DNA from: Zancudomyces culisetae HAW-14-8
Taxonomy: Eukaryota > Fungi > Kickxellomycota
Length of the DNA stretch: 64,000 nt
Direction of reading: 5' to 3'
Assembly: GCA_052426225.1 (NCBI GenBank)
Contig: JBNJNM010000009.1
Location: 1,302,001-1,366,000 of the forward strand
The stretch's first letter is position 1. Each line of letters begins with the position of its first letter. Of this stretch, positions 24,105 through 33,762 are shown in pieces. The notes below the pieces were generated by a model. That model did not search any database. It saw only the letters and a program-made list of their open reading frames with translations, and had not been told where the DNA came from. Both the position numbers and the translations under genes were made by a program.

Positions 24105-25982
24105 TCATTTGTTATATGAGGCGACAAGGTACTTTGCAGCAATAGTGACAGGTCTGTCGACGAGAAGGTACGAATTGATAACGAAACCGGCATCTCTAAC
24201 ATGTCCCAAAACAGTATCGCGGTACTGTTGAGAGCGGACAATAACAGAACCAGCAAGAGCCAGGTCAGTTGATTTTGCGTTATTTCGTTTCAACAAGGCA
24301 ATGATAAAGTTGGCAAGACATCTTGCCTCAGTTTCAACAATTTTTAGGGCAATCTCGTCATGTTGCTCGTAGGCGCACTCAAGAACTATTTTAGAGAGAC
24401 TTGAGATTTCAATTCTCTGTGCTTCAGGAGTCATAGAACGGATAAAGTTAACAAACTCAAGTCTTTTTTTGGCGTTCCATTTTGCGCATACAGCATCTGT
24501 CATTTTAGTTGAGGGGCCAGCCTTCTCCAAGTCCATTGACACAGCCTTGATACAAGCAGTTCCTAGAGCATTTCCAGAGCCTTGATCTCCCAAAACAGGA
24601 CCCCAGCCACCACAAACATCAATTCCGCCATCTGCCAAAGCGCCCAAAACAGAGCTACCGGTTCCTGCGATTACGGAAACTGATAGGGAATCAGCGGTGG
24701 ATTTGGGCAATGAGGATGAGAACAGTTCAACATCAGATGTAATAGTAACTTCAGGTGCCAAATGCTTAAGTTTTTCTGTCAATTCACGTCTTTTAGTTTG
24801 TTCACCCATACCGGCCAAGCCTAACCAACACTTCTTGATAGCCAAGTCTCTTCTTTCACCTTTAGCCTTAGCTACAGCCTCTTCAATTCTAGAAACGATC
24901 ACATCAATTGAAACTGTCGAGTTGTTGGTGCTTCCAACAATGCCCTCTCCAATTACTTCACCATCCAGCTTGAGCAGCAAGACTCTGGTGTTGGTTCCAC
25001 CTCCATCGGTAACCATCAACACTGGTACTGGGTGCTCGGTATCTGTTGAGTTTGCTGCTCTGGCGGCTCCAATTGCTCTGGCCAAAACACCACCATTGCT
25101 GGCGAGAAGATTTCTTGCTTTCTCGGGGTCTACCTTGGCCAATATACTCATAATCGCTACCTTTACTTCACCATCACATTTACTTAAAACATCTAGTGCT
25201 TCTTCTTGTGATACATTTGTTATTTCTCGTACAATCTTGGGAGCTCTCATCCTGAGTTTTTCATTTGTTGGTCTAAAATCAACCATCAAATTGCTATATG
25301 TCTTTCCTAATTTTATCATGGCTCCTGTACTCAACATGTTGAGAACCAGCTTTTGTGCAGTGCCTGACTTCATACGAGTGGACCCTGTGACCACCTCTGG
25401 TCCAACGTCAGGTGAGAGTAGAATATCAGAGTGCTCTTTAAGCATTGAGTAGGAGTTTGTTGAGAGCCCAATTGTGAGTGCTCCTTGTTCTCTGGCATAG
25501 TCAAGTGCTCCAATTACATACGGCGTACGACCACTGGCTGCGATTCCTACAACTGTGTCCACGTCTCTTATATTTAAGGCTGCGCAGTCCGCTCTTCCTG
25601 TTTCAACTGAATCTTCTACATTTTCTTTAGCTGATCTGATGGCTTCGTCACCTCCAGCCATTACTCCAACCACTTGGTCTGGGTGGGTGCTGTATGTAGG
25701 TGGACATTCACTAGCATCTAATACTCCCAATCTTCCACTAGTACCTGCACCAAAATACAACAACCTTCCGCCTTTTGCCATTCTTTCAGCAATTCCGTCA
25801 ACAGCACGAATGATGTCATCAAGAACTGATTCTACGGCAAATGGAACTGTTTTGTCCTGATTGTTGAGGAGAGTAAGCATCTCCTTTGTGGACATTGTGT
25901 CAATTCCCATTGACTGAGGGTTTCTTGACTCTGTGCGAAGTTTACTAAGCACAGAGAGACTTTCCGATACTAGATCACTCAT
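24105..25982 (-). CDS. murQ: N-acetylmuramic acid 6-phosphate etherase (MurQ) fused to a C-terminal BadF/BadG/BcrA/BcrD-type (MurK/NAGK-like) amino-sugar kinase
   Basis: TESRNP, GAGTSGRLGVLDASECPPTY, ENVED, IAASGRTPY, GPEVVTGSTRMKSGTAQKLVLNMLST, NLMVD..TNEKL (MurQ); DGGGTNT, GLAG, IAGTGS, GGWGPVLGDQGSG (ASKHA BadF-type kinase). Confidence 0.93.
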   Translation of the reverse strand: MSDLVSESLSVLSKLRTESRNPQSMGIDTMSTKEMLTLLNNQDKTVPFAVESVLDDIIRAVDGIAERMAKGGRLLYFGAGTSGRLGVLDASECPPTYSTHPDQVVGVMAGGDEAIRSAKENVEDSVETGRADCAALNIRDVDTVVGIAASGRTPYVIGALDYAREQGALTIGLSTNSYSMLKEHSDILLSPDVGPEVVTGSTRMKSGTAQKLVLNMLSTGAMIKLGKTYSNLMVDFRPTNEKLRMRAPKIVREITNVSQEEALDVLSKCDGEVKVAIMSILAKVDPEKARNLLASNGGVLARAIGAARAANSTDTEHPVPVLMVTDGGGTNTRVLLLKLDGEVIGEGIVGSTNNSTVSIDVIVSRIEEAVAKAKGERRDLAIKKCWLGLAGMGEQTKRRELTEKLKHLAPEVTITSDVELFSSSLPKSTADSLSVSVIAGTGSSVLGALADGGIDVCGGWGPVLGDQGSGNALGTACIKAVSMDLEKAGPSTKMTDAVCAKWNAKKRLEFVNFIRSMTPEAQRIEISSLSKIVLECAYEQHDEIALKIVETEARCLANFIIALLKRNNAKSTDLALAGSVIVRSQQYRDTVLGHVRDAGFVINSYLLVDRPVTIAAKYLVASYNK

Positions 25983-27624
25983 GTTTACGTTATTGTTTGT
26001 TTGAATTTTCCTTTTTTCACTGCTTAAGGATACTTTTTTTTCTAGTGAAAAATATGTAGTATTTATTTCAAATAGGTTTAATTATCAAGAGAGGAAATAT
26101 AGGATGATCAGTAAAAAAAAACTTAAATCTTTGATTCAGTTAAAATTAGAATTGTAATTGGAATTGCAATTAAAAATGAAAAACATAAACCCGTTGCTTT
26201 GATTTTTAGTTTCCCATATTTCACATTTTTGTTACAGAAAGACAAAGAAAGATCCTTTTCCACATTTAATTCGACCTTGAAAAGCTGCACATTAAATCCA
26301 ACAAGTTCATGCCCAAAAATTATTAGGTATAACAAATGAAATTAATGGGAGCATTATTTTAATGTTTTGTTGTGACCATTAAAAGAAAATGTAAGATTGG
26401 TTGTGTATACTCTGAAACAAATTTATGAATGCGTTTATTTTTTTTTGGTGGAGATTACAAATATATTTGGTAATAGTTATTATGGATTTTTGTAAATCAG
26501 CCGAACATTTTTCCAAAGTGATATCTGGCAATCATAAATTGTTAGATATTTTGCGCAAAAAAAAACACTTGTAAGGGTAAAGAATGTGAAGGGGGTAGGT
26601 TATAGCGTGACAAAAAATAAAATAACGGATTACGTGATAAGGAAAGTTGAATGTATAGCCAAAAAGAATTTATGCACCGAGATAAAATCCGGATAATAAA
26701 CCAAGTGAACCAAGGCCCTAACAAACAACATCAGATCCTAATACCCAGTGTTGGAAATCGCTGTTTCCACATTAAAAGACTTGCCGAAGTTCGACATAAC
26801 ACATCTTACCCAACAAGTCTCAGGAAAAGGTGAATCGAGCAGAGCATCGAACATCTCGCCATTCTTTGTTTGAATATAAATTAAAATTTAAACCAGGAGC
26901 AATTACTAAAAGGTGGTGCAGAGACTAGAAAGAAAATGATGAGGTTTTTTAAGGCCTTCAATTCTGTGAAGGTGTAGGGAATTTGGTGTACCAGAGTTAA
27001 ATTGAATGTGCATCCCTAACACAAATGAAATAAACTACAGGCCAACAATTATAGATGATGTTTTCAAAGTTAGAAAACTGAAACTAGTTCATTTTGTCAT
27101 GTATACTTTGGTAATGACTAGAAAAAAAGTTTAAACCCTTTACACAAACTCAAAAAAAAACACAGAATATACTCCATACTATGAATGATCTTTATGGAGG
27201 TGCTTCTCAACAAAAAGCTAAGGAGTAAAGGCACATTAAACTTGTTACACAAAAGTCAAAGTTAATCAGGCAAAAGCTTTAGGAGTTTGTTGATTAATAA
27301 AGTAATACTACCTACTAAGGAGTGGTGAACTCCATTATTAATTTGCAAAGAATTTTTGGTAAGTGCTTGTATTTCGAGTATGTACACCACAAAAATAGTA
27401 TTTCAAAAGTATTTCGTCAGCACAAAATGAATAAAATTAAAGTTATGGGATATCAAATGATGTATCGTATCCCGATTTTGAGCAGAAAAAAATGGAATTC
27501 AAAAAATGATAATGTGATTATATTTGATAAGCTAATTATTAGGTATCAAGAAAAAAGAGGAAAATTTTCTAAATGGGATTATATCAATGCAGATAATTAT
27601 ATGAAAATCACAAATTAGACCAAA

Positions 27625-28872
27625 CTATTTCTCGATAACCAACTTGACAGTTCTATCAAAGCTCTGAACTGGTTCTTGTGCTATCTTGCGAATCAACTCA
27701 TGATAGTTTGATCCTGGTGTGATCTTACCAAGAACTGTATATTGTGATGCTCCAGTACACGATGGGATTTGACCTGGTCGGCCGTGTATACATTCATGAC
27801 CAATAAGTGCAAACATTGCTGCCTCTTTGCATGAAGCTGGTAATCCATACTCTTCTTTTGTCAAAAGTGTTACTTTTGTATTTGGTAGTCCCTTTCTAAT
27901 TCCTTCCATAACTACAGGATTGAAACCTCCTCCTCCATGAACAAAGATCTCCTCTACTGGCTCTGGCATAAAATCGTGGTATGATTGAACAACTGTGTCT
28001 ATTGTCAGCTGTGTGATGGTAGCAACCACATCATCTGGAGACATGTTTAGTTCTTCACATCTCTTAATCACCTCATCTGCATACGAATCGCTAAAAAGCT
28101 CACGTCCAGTGGTCTTTGGTAGCTGTTTCTTGTAGTATGGATTCTGCAAAAGCTCCTGCAATAACTCTGTGTTAACTTTACCACGAGATGCCATCTGACC
28201 ATCCTTATCAAATTGTTGTTGTCCACCAGTATAGTGTCTTACGGCGCGATCAATCAAAACGTTTGAAGGTCCTTGATCAAATGCAAACGCTGTGATTATT
28301 CCATTTTTCATTGATACGAATGTGGTGTTTGAAATTCCTCCCAAGTTTTGGTAAGCTCTTGTTCTTCCTTCCTCTGCACATAAAACAACATCCAAGAATG
28401 AAGTCAATGGTGCTCCCTGTCCTCCGTAAACCATATCTGCTACTCTCATATCATTTACAACTGTTCTCCCTGTTTCTTTGACAATCACCGACGATTCTCC
28501 GTTTTGCCATGTAGATTTGACCTCAGAGTCATCATCAACTTGATGCCACATAGTAATACCATGTGGTGCAATAACATCAACATCATCGTTTGTTAGTCCA
28601 TTCTTGTCCAAAAACTGACGAATAGCATCGGCAAACGCTTTTCCCACAAGGAAGTTCAACTGTGTTATTTCAGCTAGGTCTCCAGACTTTTTGTTAATCA
28701 TGCTCAATATTCTCTGCTTCAGCTTAATGTCATGAGGAACTTCATCATAGGCAATAACTTTTAATGACAGAGTACCTGTACCGTTTTCATTACGTTCCAC
28801 CTGTTTGAATTCACACAATGCGAGGTCAATACCGTCACATGCGGTTCCGCTGTTCATTCCAAGAACTCTCAT
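27625..28872 (-). CDS. anmK: Anhydro-N-acetylmuramic acid kinase (AnmK/levoglucosan kinase family)
   Basis: LGMNSGTACDGID, HGITMWH, DMRVADMVYGGQGAPL, QNLGGISN, FDQGPSNVLID, FDKDG, PKTTGRELF, GGGGFN, KEAAMFA, PSCTGA. Confidence 0.9.
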   Translation of the reverse strand: MRVLGMNSGTACDGIDLALCEFKQVERNENGTGTLSLKVIAYDEVPHDIKLKQRILSMINKKSGDLAEITQLNFLVGKAFADAIRQFLDKNGLTNDDVDVIAPHGITMWHQVDDDSEVKSTWQNGESSVIVKETGRTVVNDMRVADMVYGGQGAPLTSFLDVVLCAEEGRTRAYQNLGGISNTTFVSMKNGIITAFAFDQGPSNVLIDRAVRHYTGGQQQFDKDGQMASRGKVNTELLQELLQNPYYKKQLPKTTGRELFSDSYADEVIKRCEELNMSPDDVVATITQLTIDTVVQSYHDFMPEPVEEIFVHGGGGFNPVVMEGIRKGLPNTKVTLLTKEEYGLPASCKEAAMFALIGHECIHGRPGQIPSCTGASQYTVLGKITPGSNYHELIRKIAQEPVQSFDRTVKLVIEK

Positions 28873-29259
28873 TTTTAATGTATTTTTCTTGTAGTTTTCC
28901 TTTTTTTAGATCACTTGTTGATTCAAAGTTTATAGACTAGTCTTTAATAATCAGACCCAGATATTTGTTTTCAGCTTTATTGAGTTTTGATGAACAAAGA
29001 ACAAAGCCGGTGATAGATATATTTGTTGTTACTCTATTTACCGAAACCCGAGATGGATAAATAGGTGAACTTATACATTTTTCATTAACAATAAATGGAC
29101 GTAAAAAAAATATACGTTTTTCATTTAAAACCAAGATCCAAAATGTGAATATTCAAATAGGCGAGAATTGTCATTCTAGTAATTTACAGGCCTGAAAATT
29201 ATTGTAATAGAACATGTTTGAAAAATGAAGTAATACTGGAAAATGTAAATGAGACGAAT

Positions 29260-29310
29260 AAAAATGAAAAAATAAATGAAAAAAATGAAAAAAATGAAAA
29301 AAATGAAAAA
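29260..29310 (+). repeat. Tandem 9-mer (AAAAAATGA)n upstream of anmK
   Basis: Repeated aaaaatga units visible. Confidence 0.7.
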
Positions 29311-31100
29311 GTAGTACTGAATAGGACAACATTAAAGATAGACATTTATGTTGTGGCAGAGAAAACATAAAATTATGGCCAGAGCTTGAGGCAATATAAA
29401 AAAAAACCGCACGACCTGCTCTGCTTTACAAAAATGAGATGATTCACCATTTGAACTTGTGTTTTCTGCACAGATATTGCTTGATGGCCATAAACATGGA
29501 TATAAACATGGCCATAAACATAGACACTCTTTGAGAATTAGGTAATAAGGGGGTTATTAGCTAATTGAAGCCAGTTTCATTTCCCAAAGCCAATTCGATG
29601 CTTTTCTATTTTTACTTGGAAAAATATCCAATGAACAACATATCAATAGCCAATCTGGGACCTTGGAGGGGGGGAAAGGGGGTATAATCACATATTTTGG
29701 GTATCAATGGAGTACAGGTATGTAAATTGTCAACAAGGTATAAACAAACTTGGTTTTGGGTTTCATAAAGTAGCTGCTGAAACAGTATTTTTGGTCTTAA
29801 TTGACGAATGCATTTATGCCAGTATAAATTATCGAGAAAAAAGTCTTGTGGTTTAAATCTCGAAGATAACTTAAGTTTGTTTAAATTAATTTTTTGATTT
29901 CCAGCATTTTATTGGTGTTGATTTATCTATATACACATCATTTTTGTGCACCTTTTAAATCTTTCAGGATCAATTGCACGGTGCTTGCTATTTGTAATAA
30001 TCCCGAATTCCATTCCGCTTTAAAGTTTAAATTTAAATGCAAAGCAATTTGATAATTTCCACTAAAAGTAACTTAATATGGTATTTTTGGTGACTGTCTA
30101 GTCCAGTTAAAATCAATTAGATCTTTTCCTTTATTTGGAAGAAAACAAAATTTGCTTTCCAGGTCATAACTGTCACTTGTGTTTTTTCGCTAATCAACTG
30201 GCAATCAACTGAAGTTTCACTAAGGACCTTAAAACAAACATATTATAGATTATTTATAAAATAGACTTGGATTTGTTTATTTCTACTTTGCTAAGTTTGT
30301 ACAAAGCACCAATCCTGCATTTCAGGTTAAAGTTTCACTCAAAAGTACCTCATTGCTTAGAATCAACTCTTCCCACATCTATTCACAAAAAATGAAAGCA
30401 GTATGCGCTATGTTGGGATCAAGCTATTTAGATATTTAACAATAGCACTTTATGGTGCAATGTTGTAAGCTATGCATCATGAAAGCTAAGTTGATCAAAT
30501 TTCTTTGCTCTAGTGGAATGCTAATATGTCATGAATATATTGACCCATTAGGTTAGGCTGTAAAAGCAAAAAAAAATTTTATGTTACACGTAAAATGTAA
30601 ATCATTTTGTCATATAATTTAAAATCATTTTATATCACTCCATTTGCAATTACTAAAAATATTTATCTTCCAAAATTAGATAATTCATTTACGGGATAGG
30701 TCATAAATGATTGCAATATTGTACCACCTCATTTAAAACGCGTAATGAAGTAAATTTCGTTTAAAATATTATGATTGAAATTACCTATCGACTAAAATAT
30801 ATATCAAAAAAATTTTACAAATCGGCTCATGTCCCTGTAGTTCCGAGAAACGAATTAAAATATACATTTTGAATTCACAAGTTAGTGATTTCAAAAGTTG
30901 GGAAAGTAGAGGTGAAATGGTAGTAACCATTTTATTGTTTATTTTAGTGATATCCAACATGTTGGTCTGTTAGTGATCAAAAAAAGAATATAAATACTTT
31001 AGCAAAACCTCGTCTACCGAAACTCAAAGATTTTTGATAGAGAATCTGCTTTGCTAAAAATATAATTTATAATCTTTAACAACTAGATATCACTATCGCT

Positions 31101-32540
31101 ATGAGTGACAAGGAGAAGCAGGAATTAACAACCATCAATCAGGATGAGGTTCTCACTCCCAGAGAACAAACAGTCGTCAAGCAATACCTCAAAAAGGTAG
31201 ACATCAGAATCCTTCCCATATTCTCATTGGTATACCTACTCGCTGTCATGGACCGTGCTAACATTGGATCTGCTATTAACCTGGGTCTTGGTGACACCGT
31301 CAAATTCACCAAACAACAAGCTCCATGGAACGTATCTATTTTTTTCGTATTCTACATCATCTGTGAAACACCAGCAAATATCCTTTTGAAGAAACTCAAG
31401 CCACATATCTGGTTCACAATCATTGTCTGCGGTTGGTCAATTACATGTATCTTGATGACTTGGGCTAGAACCCCAGCAACTCTATTGACAGCCAGAGGCT
31501 TCTTGGGTGCCTTCGAATCCGGTCTTACACCAGGAGTGGTTGGATACATGCCATACTGGTACACTCGATCTGAAATTGGTTTACGTATGTCCATCTTCTT
31601 TGCTGCAGGTACACTTTCAGGTGTGTTTGGAGGACCGATCGCTGTGGGCCTCTCTAGTCTTACCATTGGAAACATTCCTTCGTATGCAATCATCTTCCTT
31701 ATTGAAGGTATAGTATCCCTTTTAGTCGGTATCTCACTTTACTTCCTTGTGTACGATTACCCAGACACAGTCAAGTTCTTTACCCCTGAAGAAAAGGAAC
31801 TCATTGTCCGCAGAATCACCAATGATCAAGGTCTCGCCTCAAAGACAAGCATGTCAATGAAACAAACTATCAACGCACTATTAGACTGGAAAATGTGGCT
31901 ATATGCCGTTATGTTCTTTGCTGTCAACTTTGCCGGTGTAACTCTTGGTGTATTTGGACCTGTACTTGTATCATCTTTGGGATTCAGCAGTATTAGAGGA
32001 ACTTTGATGTCATCACTTCCTAACGCTGCCGGATTTATTGGACAACTTCTGACAGGATACACAATGGCTAGATTCCCATTGTGGTTGAACTCTATTGTCT
32101 TTGCAGCTATTGGATGTTTCGGTATCTGTATGGTCGCATTCACACACTTCTCACCAGTGCCAAAACTTATTATGTTGTGTATTGGTGGATTCGGAGTGTT
32201 CCCAAATATTCCAATCATTGCCACATGGATGTCTATTAACATGGGAGGTATTTCGAAGCGTATGGTTGCATCTGCAATGACAGTATCATTTGGTGGTATT
32301 GCAGGTATCACCGCACCACTTGCCTTCAACAAGGAGCTATATGCACCTAAGTTCACATTGGGTTTGGCTCTTAACACAGCATGTTTGGCACTCATTTGCG
32401 TTCTCGCTTTGTTCTTCAAGTTCTACTATGATATGGAGAACAGAAGAAGAGATAACAACCCAGTAGATGTATCACACCTGTCAGAGTTTGAACAACGTGA
32501 ACTCAATGACAAGCACCCAGATTTCAGATACAAACTCTAG
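31101..32540 (+). CDS. MFS transporter, anion:cation symporter (Dal5/Tna1-like) family
   Basis: KKVDIRILP, MDRANIG, RGFLGAFESG, WYTRSEIGLR, IFLIEG, C-terminal DKHPDFRYKL typical of fungal ACS permeases; ~12 hydrophobic segments. Confidence 0.9.
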   Translation: MSDKEKQELTTINQDEVLTPREQTVVKQYLKKVDIRILPIFSLVYLLAVMDRANIGSAINLGLGDTVKFTKQQAPWNVSIFFVFYIICETPANILLKKLKPHIWFTIIVCGWSITCILMTWARTPATLLTARGFLGAFESGLTPGVVGYMPYWYTRSEIGLRMSIFFAAGTLSGVFGGPIAVGLSSLTIGNIPSYAIIFLIEGIVSLLVGISLYFLVYDYPDTVKFFTPEEKELIVRRITNDQGLASKTSMSMKQTINALLDWKMWLYAVMFFAVNFAGVTLGVFGPVLVSSLGFSSIRGTLMSSLPNAAGFIGQLLTGYTMARFPLWLNSIVFAAIGCFGICMVAFTHFSPVPKLIMLCIGGFGVFPNIPIIATWMSINMGGISKRMVASAMTVSFGGIAGITAPLAFNKELYAPKFTLGLALNTACLALICVLALFFKFYYDMENRRRDNNPVDVSHLSEFEQRELNDKHPDFRYKL

Positions 32541-32877
32541 TTTTATTTTTGCTATATCATTTTTGTAGTGCAAATATGAGCTACTCTTATATATTCTGAT
32601 TGTTATTATTGGTAATTAATATGGATAAAATATTCTATCAACATTTTTGAATAAAATATTTATATTTACAGCTATAGGCTGAAAAAAATACAAATGATTC
32701 GTAGAAATATGTCGAATTATTCGCGGTTGCAGCAAAGTTGGATAACGCCGACCCCCTTCCCCCACTCGCACATAAGATTATGTATTTTTTGATTATAACC
32801 TGCTGTTTTGTATATTCCAAATATTTGATCTTGAGTTAAACCTACAACTTATATACACTGAACATAAGCTAGGATTT

Positions 32878-33433
32878 ATGGAGGTGGGGAAGATAAGAAC
32901 AGGTAGGTTCTAGACAGCAGAGAGGCTGGCAAAATTGGGAACAATAGATGAAAAGTTCAAGACTAGATGCCCATTTTGTAAAAAAAAAAACAGCGCTGAA
33001 ACTATTGAACACATGTTACTGGACTGTAAATACTGGGCTGGAGTTAGGTATAAAACTCTGGAACGTATCCCAGATATGTCAATTATAGGAAGTCAGGAGA
33101 GAGGTAGTAGTGAAGGATGGCGGAATTTTTTTGTAGGGCGACTCCTTGGAGGGGAGTCAAAAAGAATGGTTACTCTCTCCGTTAAGAAGAGAGAAACCGA
33201 AGCACCGTCTTTGGTTGAGCTGGTAACGGCACAATTTTTGGACGGAATATGTCGAACGAGGATGCAAATCTTAGACCGACTTAGATCAGAAACAACCTCC
33301 TTGAACCAACGCCCGGTGGGTATGGAGTCCCTAGAGGGACGGAGGGGAATTGGTTAGGTAGATATTTTGTAGGATTATTTTTTGTAGTTTTATGGGATAT
33401 TTATTTAATAAATTCATCTAACAAAAAAAAAAA
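32878..33433 (+). mobile_element. 5'-truncated non-LTR (LINE-like) retrotransposon 3' end
   Basis: KIRTGRF*TAERLAK then CCHC finger CPFC....ETIEHMLLDC; ends AATAAATTCATCTAAC plus A11. Confidence 0.75.
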
Positions 33434-33711
33434 CTTGTAGTTTATCGTAAATAAATTATTGAGAAGAATGCCATTTTATTAACTAATACAGTATGATATA
33501 ATAAATACAACAAAATACAGTATAATACAATAAATACACTATAATACAATAAATACAATACAATATAACATAATACATTTAACCAACTCCAGTACACTAA
33601 ATTAATTTTATTCGTTTTTACAATTTAGGAATCGTGTTGATATTTCAATTATACAGTGGTGTAGTACACCATTTTTAACTTTTTCCCATCACTTATAAGC
33701 TAAACCCAAAA

Positions 33712-33762
33712 AAACATCAAAATCAACTAAATCAACTAAATCAACTAAATCAACTAAATCAA
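33712..33762 (+). repeat. Tandem 9-mer (AAATCAACT)n
   Basis: 4-5 copies visible. Confidence 0.8.

Noticed and set aside
24697-25860. Long antisense ORFs over murQ (and similar ones over the MFS, pol and M1 genes)
   Set aside because: Shadow ORFs expected from codon bias on the opposite strand; no recognisable motifs.
24105-28872. Bacterial contamination as the source of murQ and anmK
   Set aside because: Genes are separated by 1.6 kb of AT-rich DNA, not operon-like, and are contiguous with intron-containing and fungal-type genes. Only read-level data can exclude it fully.
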